From: a virus
Taxonomy: Duplodnaviria > Caudoviricetes
Virus record (IMG/VR): IMGVR_UViG_3300009146_000037
Span: 1-24,396 of that record
Length of the DNA: 24,396 bases
Strand: one strand, 5' to 3'
Positions 1 to 7,691 of the stretch are shown here, one piece after another; position 1 is the first letter of the stretch, and each line of letters starts with the position of its first letter. The translations under genes were made by a program, and so were the position numbers. The notes beneath the pieces are model-generated. The model saw only the letters and a list, made by a program, of their open reading frames with translations, was not told the origin of the DNA and ran no database searches.

Positions 1-960
1 CTGCCGCACATGATAGCGCTCCTGCGCGTCACGCACGGCGCGTTCCGGCAGGCCGGATTCCACGGCAACCTTGGTCCGCGACATGCCAGCGTCGAACAGC
101 GGCTTAAGTCTGGTGTCAACTTCCTGCGGGTTATGCTTCCTCGGACGACCCACTTTAGGTCGTTTTGAATTATTAGTGACTAATAATTCTTTCAGGTCCA
201 GACTAACCTGTGGCTGGCTTATGTCTAACGCCTTGCCGATACTTTCCTGCGACCAGTTGTTGTCCTGATACAGGTACGCAGCAATGCGCTTGCGGTCGTT
301 CGGCGACAGCTTCTTGCCGCCGATGTTGGAGGCAATGGCGATCTTCAGCCGGCGGGCGTCGGCGGCGTCACCGATGCCGATATGCAGCACCTGCTTGACC
401 GGCTGGATGCCCAGCTCCTTGGCAAGCGCCAGACGTCGGCTGCCGACCAGCACGACGCCACGCTCGTCGACCAGCGCCGGGAATTCCGGCACCCATCCGA
501 ACGTCGCCAATGATTCGCGCAGCTCCTCCCATGCCGGGTCCTTGCCGGCCTCGGTCAGATGTTCGCGGGTGTTCTTGGAGAAGATGCCGGTCATCGGGTT
601 GAACGGATCGCGCAGCTTCTCATGGATGTCGGGGCCTGGACGATGCAACTTCTTGCCGTGCAGCCTGAGGTCCTCGAACCTGTAGCCATTGCGGATGATG
701 ACCAACCCGTCGATATGTTCGACACCGTCGCCGAGATAGGCGAGCGCACGGCGGATCATCCACTCAATGGCTTCGCCGTCCTCCGTCATCCCTTCGTGCA
801 TCTTGATGCGCGTCAGGTCGGAGGGAACGGGATGCTTGTAGTCTTTTGCAAGCTCCTCGACTGACAAGGCCACACCAGCGGCCTTGTCGAGAGCGAGGGC
901 TACGTAAACCACGGCACTGTCAATCGCCAGTGCGTAGTTCACCTTAGCCGGGTTAGTCAT
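1..960 (-). CDS. ParB/Srx-like N-terminal domain + HTH protein (3' end runs off the window)
   Basis: Not in the ORF track because there is no stop in the window. Manual translation from ATG 960 is open for 320 codons: MTNPAKVNY...WEELRESLATFGWVPEFPALVDERGVVLVGSRRLALAKELG (ParB-like GxRR box)...SNIGGKKLSPNDRKR...WSQESIGKALDISQPQVSLDL (HTH). The start overlaps the upstream stop (ATGACTAA). Confidence 0.8.
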   Translation of the reverse strand, partial: MTNPAKVNYALAIDSAVVYVALALDKAAGVALSVEELAKDYKHPVPSDLTRIKMHEGMTEDGEAIEWMIRRALAYLGDGVEHIDGLVIIRNGYRFEDLRLHGKKLHRPGPDIHEKLRDPFNPMTGIFSKNTREHLTEAGKDPAWEELRESLATFGWVPEFPALVDERGVVLVGSRRLALAKELGIQPVKQVLHIGIGDAADARRLKIAIASNIGGKKLSPNDRKRIAAYLYQDNNWSQESIGKALDISQPQVSLDLKELLVTNNSKRPKVGRPRKHNPQEVDTRLKPLFDAGMSRTKVAVESGLPERAVRDAQERYHVRQ

Positions 961-1921
961 TGATCAGCTTCTCCTGCGCTGTGATGACCGTGGTGAGCAC
1001 CTGCACTGCCTCTTGGCAGGCCCTCAGATGCTCTTCCATGGCCGCAGGAGAACGCTCGACCAGCACCGACGGAATTGCGGCATGGGCGTTGATGTAGCCG
1101 AGATGGCGGCGCAGCTGGCTGGATGCCGGCGGCTTGCCGTTGCCCATCAGGCCATGCTCGCGGATACGCTCGCTCATCTCAGCGCGCTTGTTGTCGATGA
1201 AGGTGATCATGCCGGCGTCGGAGCCGGTCTTCTTCATCTCACCTGCAAGCTCCCTGACCTCGGCAGGACCGAGGTTGGCGTCGACCGAGAGTTCGACGAG
1301 CTTCTTGAACGGCACGTCGTTGAGGCTGATCTGCGGCTCCATGCCGAACGTGCGCAGTGCTGACGGCCCGAGCTTCTTGGCGTCCTTGAAGCCCACCTTG
1401 GCGAACTTCTCATGCGCCGCGATCTCGCGGCGGATGTTGTTGACGACACCGTGTTTAACGCCGGTGGCGCGGCCGATGGCGTCATTCTTCCAGCCACGCT
1501 CGACCAGTGTCACGGCGACACTGCGGGCTTCCGCCGGAGTGAGACGCTGCCCACCCTGCTGGTTGAGGGTAGCGGCAAGGGCATGCAGGTCGGCGTCGAC
1601 CTTGGCCGACTTGCCATATTCGACATCCAGCACGAGGGCATGGCCGAACTTGACCTTGTTCACTTCATAACCGCCGACACGGGTGTTGCCGTCGACCAGC
1701 CAGTCATTGGCAGTGACGATGATTGGAGGAAACACCGTTTCCTTCATCTGCACCGCGTACTGGGCGACCTGAGCCTTGGGCGCGTAATGTTCGGATTCTC
1801 TGACTTGGACTCGCCTGTCGGTCGAGAGCTTGCCGAGTTCGAACTGCGGTTCGTCCTGCCATTTGAAGCCGAGACGTTCAATCTCGACGACGGCACTGGA
1901 CTTTGGAGCTTGAGCTAACAT
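953..1921 (-). CDS. ParB/Srx-like domain + HTH protein
   Basis: 322 aa. VAQYAVQMKETVFPPIIVTANDWLVDGNTR is a ParB-like box; LNQQGGQRLTPAEAR is followed by HTH-like GWKNDAIGRATGVKHGVVNNIRRE. RBS AAAGGT upstream. Confidence 0.75.
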   Translation of the reverse strand: MLAQAPKSSAVVEIERLGFKWQDEPQFELGKLSTDRRVQVRESEHYAPKAQVAQYAVQMKETVFPPIIVTANDWLVDGNTRVGGYEVNKVKFGHALVLDVEYGKSAKVDADLHALAATLNQQGGQRLTPAEARSVAVTLVERGWKNDAIGRATGVKHGVVNNIRREIAAHEKFAKVGFKDAKKLGPSALRTFGMEPQISLNDVPFKKLVELSVDANLGPAEVRELAGEMKKTGSDAGMITFIDNKRAEMSERIREHGLMGNGKPPASSQLRRHLGYINAHAAIPSVLVERSPAAMEEHLRACQEAVQVLTTVITAQEKLIND

Positions 1922-1964
1922 ATATGAGATACCTTTCCGGCCTTTGGCCGATTAAGGGTTACAG

Positions 1965-2003
1965 AAAACGCCGGGATTTGGTTCGCTGCCGACCCGGCGT
2001 TTT
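1965..2003. terminator. Inverted repeat / possible bidirectional intrinsic terminator or leader hairpin
   Basis: AAAACGCCGGG (1965-1975) pairs with CCCGGCGTTTT (1993-2003); 17-nt loop; T-runs on both strands. Confidence 0.5.
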
Positions 2004-2004
2004 T

Positions 2005-2057
2005 ATTTGTTACGACAGCTTCATTTGTTGCGTCAAGCGCTAAATGTAGCGTCAAGC
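2005..2057 (-). promoter_or_regulatory. Putative sigma70-type promoter(s) for the ParB-like pair
   Basis: Minus strand has GCTTGACGC twice, 19 bp apart (2049-2057, 2030-2038; TTGACG = -35 like), in an AT-rich intergenic stretch; -10 match is weak. Confidence 0.45.
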
Positions 2058-2065
2058 AAATTTGT

Positions 2066-2377
2066 TTAAACAACGTTTGACTCGGTACGTTGTGTTACAT
2101 TTTTCATCGTGATAGCGGCCGTCCCTCCCCTACCAACGCCCATTGCGTCGCACGCCGTCTGGATGATGACGCGCTGCTTGGCGAAGTCGAAGGCGTTCCG
2201 CGCCTCCTCTGAATCCTTGAAAACATTATTGCCAATGCGGCGATAACGATTCTGGATTTCGATGTACCAATGCTCAGCCTCGTCCTCCAGCCGGCCGAGC
2301 TTCTTCAGCTCGACCGAGTAGGTCCCAACCTCCACCCTGTCGAGGGTCTTGCCGGGATAGAACACCTGCGGTTTCAT
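2066..2377 (-). CDS. hypothetical phage protein
   Basis: 103 aa ORF, ATGA overlap with upstream gene, GGAGG RBS. Confidence 0.7.
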   Translation of the reverse strand: MKPQVFYPGKTLDRVEVGTYSVELKKLGRLEDEAEHWYIEIQNRYRRIGNNVFKDSEEARNAFDFAKQRVIIQTACDAMGVGRGGTAAITMKNVTQRTESNVV

Positions 2378-2580
2378 TTCACAGCCTCCAGCTTGCCGTC
2401 GATGTAGGTATGGCTGACGGGGTCATCCGACTCTTGGGCTTCATGATCCTCGGCCCCAGACCAGCGCATGAGCAGGTCAAAGCCCCAGTCTTGGGCTTCC
2501 TTCTCAGTGGCGAAGGCGAGACCATTGAGGCCCCATTTGTCAGAGCCTACGGTTTTAATTGCGGGTTTCCAGCTTTTCAT
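2374..2580 (-). CDS. hypothetical phage protein
   Basis: 68 aa from ATG 2580 (MKSWKPAIKT...FATEKEA), preceded by GAAGGACC RBS. Confidence 0.75.
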   Translation of the reverse strand: MKSWKPAIKTVGSDKWGLNGLAFATEKEAQDWGFDLLMRWSGAEDHEAQESDDPVSHTYIDGKLEAVK

Positions 2581-2581
2581 T

Positions 2582-3217
2582 TCAGCGGTCCTTCCAGTTT
2601 CCAAATCGTTTCACCATTGTCTTGACGACGTCCTGCCGGCGTTCGATCTGCCGGTCGGGTGCCTTGCGCCAGCTTTCGTTGGCGGGCTGATCGAGCCAGA
2701 CGATCTTCATCCGGTCGCCATTGCCGTTAGCCCTTGTGATGCCCGCCATCGGCGTCATCCCGAGCACCTTCTGCTCAGGCTCACGCGCGTATGGCATGGC
2801 GAACATGCCCGGTAGATCATGCCACTGCGGCCGGATCGTCTGGTATACCGTGGTATCCACCAGATAGCTGAGCTTGGGGATGCGGACACAGACGTGGCCG
2901 TCCCAGCCGTCGCCCTTGGCGGGTGCCTGGCCGGCGGCAATGTGATCGCCGACGCCCACCGAGTGAATGAACTTGCCGTCCTTGTCGACCGCCTCGATGG
3001 CGAGGTAGACCGGCGTCATCTGCACATCGGTGAAGCCAATCCTGCGGAAGAAATCCCTGACCGTCAGCGATGCCAGCACGCAGGATTCCTTCGACTTGCC
3101 GGCCAGCAACCAGTCGAGCCTGTCGTACTCCTGATGCAGGGTCGAGGCGACCACGCTGAGCGCCTTGACCAGCTTGCCGGGTGGCTTGCCCTGCACATAC
3201 ATATCTCCGAGCATCAT
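2582..3217 (-). CDS. putative transglutaminase/papain-like Cys-His-Asp protein
   Basis: 211 aa; ESCVLAS...WDGHVCV...LVDTT gives the Cys, His, Asp order and spacing of transglutaminase-like folds. RBS GAAGGACC. Confidence 0.55.
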   Translation of the reverse strand: MMLGDMYVQGKPPGKLVKALSVVASTLHQEYDRLDWLLAGKSKESCVLASLTVRDFFRRIGFTDVQMTPVYLAIEAVDKDGKFIHSVGVGDHIAAGQAPAKGDGWDGHVCVRIPKLSYLVDTTVYQTIRPQWHDLPGMFAMPYAREPEQKVLGMTPMAGITRANGNGDRMKIVWLDQPANESWRKAPDRQIERRQDVVKTMVKRFGNWKDR

Positions 3218-3219
3218 CT

Positions 3220-3408
3220 TCAGCGGTCCTTCTCATAGCCATCGAGTGCACGCTGCAGACGATGCTGTTGTTCGATGTTGATGTTGATCTTCAGGCCGCG
3301 CCGCCTGAGTTCGACCTTGGCATGCTGGATATGCTCCGGGTTCTCGGCGTTGGCGAGAACGTAGCGCAGGCCCTTCTCGGTCAGCACGGCGTAATGCGGA
3401 TGGCTCAT
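3220..3408 (-). CDS. hypothetical phage protein
   Basis: 62 aa from ATG 3408 (MSHPHYAVL), ATGA-coupled to upstream ORF. Confidence 0.65.
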   Translation of the reverse strand: MSHPHYAVLTEKGLRYVLANAENPEHIQHAKVELRRRGLKININIEQQHRLQRALDGYEKDR

Positions 3409-3536
3409 TTCTTTTGTCCCAGTTCTTCGATCTCCCGTTGCAACAACCACGCCAACGTATCGTCGTTGTGGCCGGCCTCGTAGTTCTTGATGATCATCTT
3501 CACGATGCGATTTGCTTCACGTCTGGTGATGCCCAT
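3405..3536 (-). CDS. small hypothetical protein (43 aa)
   Basis: Manual: MGITRREANRIVKMIIKNYEAGHNDDTLAWLLQREIEELGQKK; AGGACC RBS; fills the gap in the operon. Confidence 0.65.
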   Translation of the reverse strand: MGITRREANRIVKMIIKNYEAGHNDDTLAWLLQREIEELGQKK

Positions 3537-3546
3537 TTGCTTGGTC

Positions 3547-3729
3547 CTACTGCATTGTCTGATGTTGCTCGGCCTTCACCGGCTCATCTTCGAGCCTGTC
3601 CATGAAGGCGATGGCCTCCATCCACGTCGGGAAGGTGTTCAGCAGCCTGTCGTTCTTCCACGCCTCGATACGCTTGTGGTTGCGCACCAGACGCCAGCCC
3701 TGCTCGAACTTGATGACCACGATGTTCAT
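3547..3729 (-). CDS. hypothetical phage protein
   Basis: 60 aa, ATGA overlap with upstream ORF. Confidence 0.65.
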   Translation of the reverse strand: MNIVVIKFEQGWRLVRNHKRIEAWKNDRLLNTFPTWMEAIAFMDRLEDEPVKAEQHQTMQ

Positions 3730-3905
3730 TCGTCATCTTCCTCTTCTTCGAGTGCGAGCAGGTCACGGATGGCAGCTTGTTCGGTGACGCCCCAGCCATA
3801 GCGGCCAGCATCCTCGACGTCGTTCTCCCGGTACGCCGCCCAGTCATGTGTGCGATCGGGGATTGGCGGGTAGGCGAACCACGTGATGATCTTGTCGGTT
3901 TTCAT
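3726..3905 (-). CDS. small acidic phage protein (59 aa)
   Basis: Manual: MKTDKIITWFAYPPIPDRTHDWAAYRENDVEDAGRYGWGVTEQAAIRDLLALEEEEDDE; ATGA overlaps at both ends; GAGG RBS. Confidence 0.75.
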   Translation of the reverse strand: MKTDKIITWFAYPPIPDRTHDWAAYRENDVEDAGRYGWGVTEQAAIRDLLALEEEEDDE

Positions 3906-4090
3906 ACTGCCTCTCCATCAATCTCGAACAGCACGACGCCGAACTCGCCATCGTCACGAAGGCTTGCCTCGGTAATCTGCAGGTCCTCGAAAGCATCGAC
4001 CCACGCCAGCTTCTTACGTGCCTCCGATTCGGTGTTGGCAAGAACCCGCACCACAGCGTTGAGCACCACATCGAATGCGAACTCTTTCAT
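3902..4090 (-). CDS. small acidic hypothetical protein
   Basis: 62 aa, coupled overlaps on both sides. Confidence 0.7.
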   Translation of the reverse strand: MKEFAFDVVLNAVVRVLANTESEARKKLAWVDAFEDLQITEASLRDDGEFGVVLFEIDGEAV

Positions 4091-4281
4091 ATCATTAGCT
4101 CCGCTTGGCTCTGGTTCAGCAGGTTCACGATCTTGCGGGCAAGTGCTTTGCGCTCGCCCAGTGTTCCAGCACTGATCTCGATGATCTCGTAGTTCTCATG
4201 ATCGGCGTTGCAGATGATGACTGTCTCGTCGATCGTGTCGCCCTCTTCAGGGCCGCTCATTTCCCATGGTCCGTCGCTCAT
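4087..4281 (-). CDS. small acidic hypothetical protein
   Basis: 64 aa, AGAGGAG RBS, ATGA overlap. Confidence 0.7.
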   Translation of the reverse strand: MSDGPWEMSGPEEGDTIDETVIICNADHENYEIIEISAGTLGERKALARKIVNLLNQSQAELMI

Positions 4282-4451
4282 CGGTAGTCTCCTCTGTTGA
4301 ACAGCCGATCGATCTCGTTGTCGGCAACCTGTTCGGCAAGGTCCTTGATCGCCTCGATCAGGCGATCGGTCTCTTCTTCCTTGAGCCGGAAGATGTCGCG
4401 CAGCACAGCGTCGAGGCTGTCAGACGCGCGGCTGATCTCACGGTGGGTCAT
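4278..4451 (-). CDS. small helical hypothetical protein (57 aa)
   Basis: Manual: MTHREISRASDSLDAVLRDIFRLKEEETDRLIEAIKDLAEQVADNEIDRLFNRGDYR; ATGA overlaps at both ends. Confidence 0.7.
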   Translation of the reverse strand: MTHREISRASDSLDAVLRDIFRLKEEETDRLIEAIKDLAEQVADNEIDRLFNRGDYR

Positions 4452-4621
4452 TTCGCTTGTTCCTTCTGGATAACGTCGTCGATCTCACTGCGCAGGTGGT
4501 CGACCTCGCCGTCGAAATCTTCCCAGTTCGCATCGTCTGGGCACTCGTCGAGCAGGTAGCTGGTGAGGATGTCGAACGCTGCCATCAGCGCCTCCAGCCT
4601 CGGTGTCATCGGTGATTTCAT
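4448..4621 (-). CDS. small acidic hypothetical protein
   Basis: 57 aa from ATG 4621 with AAGGA RBS; an in-frame ATG at 4741 (coupled to the upstream stop) is an alternative start. Confidence 0.6.
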   Translation of the reverse strand: MKSPMTPRLEALMAAFDILTSYLLDECPDDANWEDFDGEVDHLRSEIDDVIQKEQAK

Positions 4622-4737
4622 GATTCTTTCCTTCTTCGTTCCTGCTTCGCCCTGATTAATTTCCCAAGCGAAGGATGTTGATTTGTGCATGTCGCGTGAT
4701 TCGCGAATGCCGGCGAACCCACCGACGTGCCACGGTT

Positions 4738-4944
4738 TCATTCTTCCCTCGCGAGCCACGGATATGATCCGCTGTCGTTCAGGATTGCATCCTCAGCTTC
4801 GTCATAGGTCTTGAACTCAGTGGCGTTGCTGCGCCTGTTGCGTGGCACAAGAAATGGCTTCTCGCCTTCCTCCTGCACCAGCTTGGCATAGCGGTCGACG
4901 CCATTGCGTTTGGTCCAGACAATGATCCACATGATAGCGCTCAC
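4738..4944 (-). CDS. hypothetical phage protein
   Basis: 68 aa, GTGA overlap with the vWA gene stop. Confidence 0.6.
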   Translation of the reverse strand: MSAIMWIIVWTKRNGVDRYAKLVQEEGEKPFLVPRNRRSNATEFKTYDEAEDAILNDSGSYPWLAREE

Positions 4945-6239
4945 TCCGCCTCAGGCACCTCGACCACGGTGCCGAACGGCACCCGTGGCGAGACGCGGGT
5001 CGAAGCCCAGATCACCGGGTAGTCCGGCTCACTGGTCGGGAAGCGGCCGAGCGTGTCGGTCAGATAGACCAGCATGTCGGGCTGCACGTGGTTCTCCCTG
5101 ATCCACTCGAACACCGGGATGAACGAGGTGCCGCCGCCACCGGGGGCGCCGCCCAGTTCGTTGATCTCCATGCGCAGTGCCTCAAGGTCGGTCGGCTCGT
5201 CGAGACGATCGACGCGCTGCACCGTGGCGTCGCACCAGACAACGATCAGTTCAGCCGGGTTGAGGTCGGCGACAATGCCGCTCATCTCGGTGAAGAAACG
5301 TTGCTGCATCTCGGGAAAGATGCACGAGCCGGAGGTATCGTAGCCGACCACGACAGTGCCGCAGCCGTACTTCGAGCGACCGGCGAAGGCGATCTTGCCC
5401 CATGGGGCAGGCCGGCTGATCAGGCGCTTATTCAGCTTCGACCAATCCTGTCCCGGCTCGCCGGCGGCGCGCTGCATGGTGGCCTTGAGATGGTCACCCC
5501 AGTAGACCTTAGGCTCCAGGATATCGCCGATCAGCTGTTTGATGGCGGCGGGCAGTTCCCCCATGCCCGCCGCCTCGGCGACCATCTTGGCAGTGGCAAT
5601 CGCCTGCGCCCTTTTCAGGTCGCCGGACTGCTTCTCATCCGCGATGGTCTCCGCGGAGGGGTCGAGATGCAGGTCGAACCCTTTCCCCTGACCTGCGTCT
5701 TTCCCCCCTCCCTGTGTCTCTTTGTAGAGCTTGGCGTAGATTTCGACGCAGCCCTCCATGCCCTTGGCGCTGATCGATTTGTCGTAGAGGCCGATCGACG
5801 GGAACTTGCCGACCTTGCCGTCGACGAGCGCGGCGTTGATGACGAAGTCCATGGCGGCGTTCATCAGCTGCCCGTGATAGGGCAGCAGCGTGCCATCGGG
5901 CAGGATGATCTGACTTTCGTTGCGCCAGTATACCGACATGATGAGATGGCCGAGGATGTAGTGCATGACCTCGTGCGCCAGCACGAAGGCGACCTCCTCG
6001 AAGGTCCAGCCGGCAGCCCGCATGCCAGCCACGTTGACGTAGATGTAATGCGAGTCGGTAGCCGCATAAGGCACGTCATGGGTGAACACGACGACCATCC
6101 GCGAGTAGAGGATCGACGCCCAGAACGGCGTCGTCATGTTGAGGTAGCCGAGGCCGTCGCCAATGTAACGTTCATCGGCGGCGCTTGGTTTGTAGGTGCG
6201 CAGTGAAGCCGCCGGCGCGGCGGTGACGAGGTTGTTCAT
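4941..6239 (-). CDS. DUF2201-type putative metallopeptidase (HEXXH) + vWA domain protein
   Basis: AATD...FVLAHEVMHYILGH (HEXXH)...NAAMDFVIN; C-terminal MIDAS YDTSGS, GGGGTSF, YLTD. Confidence 0.88.
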   Translation of the reverse strand: MNNLVTAAPAASLRTYKPSAADERYIGDGLGYLNMTTPFWASILYSRMVVVFTHDVPYAATDSHYIYVNVAGMRAAGWTFEEVAFVLAHEVMHYILGHLIMSVYWRNESQIILPDGTLLPYHGQLMNAAMDFVINAALVDGKVGKFPSIGLYDKSISAKGMEGCVEIYAKLYKETQGGGKDAGQGKGFDLHLDPSAETIADEKQSGDLKRAQAIATAKMVAEAAGMGELPAAIKQLIGDILEPKVYWGDHLKATMQRAAGEPGQDWSKLNKRLISRPAPWGKIAFAGRSKYGCGTVVVGYDTSGSCIFPEMQQRFFTEMSGIVADLNPAELIVVWCDATVQRVDRLDEPTDLEALRMEINELGGAPGGGGTSFIPVFEWIRENHVQPDMLVYLTDTLGRFPTSEPDYPVIWASTRVSPRVPFGTVVEVPEAE

Positions 6240-6250
6240 CGGTCTGATCC

Positions 6251-7396
6251 TTAGTTGAGGGCAGCGCGCTGCATGGTCGCCTTGCGCAGCGCTGCGGCCG
6301 ACATCAGGGTGATGTTCTTTTGCGAGAACTGCGAGAACTCACGGGTGAAGATCAGCCCCTCGTCGCGCGCCGTGGCGGCGTTGAAGTAGCTGACCCCCAT
6401 GTCGGTCGACAGCCGGGCAACGTACTGGGCAATTGCGGTGATGTTGTCCTTGGTGGTCTTTGCAGCGAGGTCAAAGACAAGGAACGTCAAGACGTCGAGC
6501 TTGTCGGGGATGCGGCATCCGGTGGGGTTGCGGAGCACCTCCGAGATGGTCGGGATTTCATGACGCGCCTTGACGAAGGCCATGTAAATCTGCGCTGCGG
6601 CAAAGCCGACGGCACCCGCCGCCGCGACCGACACCAGCGGGTCGTCGAGGTCACGCCCCTCGGCCATCGCTGCCTTGATGATATCGTCGAGCGCATGCAG
6701 CGAGCGCTGGGTGAGATGCGGCCCCTGTTCTTTCGGCGTCTCGCCATAGAACAGGTCCTGCTCGTTGCGCTTGGCGAACGCCATGGTGAGCGGCGTCATG
6801 CCCAGTTCCTGCGCGACGACGAGGAAGTTGGCGAGCGTCGGCTTCAGTGTCGCCTGCACCGTGCGGTTGATGATGAAGTCATACTCACGGGTCTCGCCGG
6901 AGCGGTCCTTGCCGGTGTTGCCGAGCATGATGACGTCGAAGTCAGGGAAGTGATACAGCCCGACGCGGCGGTCATAGATCAGCGGGGCTGAGGTGCGCTT
7001 CACCTCCGGGTCGCCCTGCGCCCATTCTTCCAGCACGATGACGCCGTACTTGTAGGTATGCGCCGGCCGGCCGGTGAACAGGTCATAGGCCCAGTACGGA
7101 TAGGTGTAGCGGCCCGCCTTGATGACGACGCTGTTGCCATTGGCGTCGATGATCGTCTGGTCCTCCGGCATCAGGAAACCAAGGATGTCGGCGACGTTGG
7201 CCTTCGACATGTCGAGCAGGAAGAACCCGTAGCCACCCTCGGCGGCGTACTTCTCGTTCATCTTGCGGGCATAGGCCTCGATCTGCTTCGACTTGCCCGA
7301 CCCTGGCCGGCCCTTGATATGCGGTGTTTTCTTCGCCTTGAAGATCAGTTCGATGAAGGGGACGAGGTCGGAGTCGAGAACTTCGATGGTTTGCAT
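6251..7396 (-). CDS. MoxR-like AAA+ ATPase
   Basis: Walker A GRPGSGKS, Walker B-like VIVLEE, sensor-1 MLGN, arginine finger INR, TQRS motif; adjacent to a vWA gene as is typical of MoxR ATPases. Confidence 0.85.
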   Translation of the reverse strand: MQTIEVLDSDLVPFIELIFKAKKTPHIKGRPGSGKSKQIEAYARKMNEKYAAEGGYGFFLLDMSKANVADILGFLMPEDQTIIDANGNSVVIKAGRYTYPYWAYDLFTGRPAHTYKYGVIVLEEWAQGDPEVKRTSAPLIYDRRVGLYHFPDFDVIMLGNTGKDRSGETREYDFIINRTVQATLKPTLANFLVVAQELGMTPLTMAFAKRNEQDLFYGETPKEQGPHLTQRSLHALDDIIKAAMAEGRDLDDPLVSVAAAGAVGFAAAQIYMAFVKARHEIPTISEVLRNPTGCRIPDKLDVLTFLVFDLAAKTTKDNITAIAQYVARLSTDMGVSYFNAATARDEGLIFTREFSQFSQKNITLMSAAALRKATMQRAALN

Positions 7397-7435
7397 GGTC
7401 GTGGTCCTGTGTGGGCTGGAGGGTTGAACGCGCCC

Positions 7436-7457
7436 CTAGGGTAGAGGCGCGTTAATG
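7436..7457 (-). promoter_or_regulatory. Bipartite repeated motif copy 1 (candidate phage promoter/operator)
   Basis: + strand CTAGGGTAG-AGGCGCGT-TAATG; intergenic, upstream of the AAA gene; embedded in hairpin AACGCGCC..GGCGCGTT. Confidence 0.6.
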
Positions 7458-7461
7458 GGGT

Positions 7462-7602
7462 TTAGTTGCAGGTGGTGTTGCAATACTGGACGTCGCCGAG
7501 CCAGTAGCAGTTGGTGTAGCAATTGGTCTGCGCCTTCGCCACGTTGGCGAGCGACGGGGCCATGGCTGCGGCGAGCAGCAATGTTGCGAGAAAGCTTTTC
7601 AT
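7462..7602 (-). CDS. small secreted cysteine-rich peptide precursor (46 aa)
   Basis: MKSFLATLLLAAAMAPSLANVAKA|QTNCYTNCYWLGDVQYCNTTCN: Sec signal peptide with AxA site, 22-aa mature part with 4 Cys; RBS AAGGACCAC before ATG 7602. Confidence 0.75.
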   Translation of the reverse strand: MKSFLATLLLAAAMAPSLANVAKAQTNCYTNCYWLGDVQYCNTTCN

Positions 7603-7691
7603 TCGCGTGGTCCTTGGTTGGCCGGCAGACTTGGGTTTATGACTGATCACACACGCTGCCGGACGGCGTATGATAGCGATATGTTTCCTCA

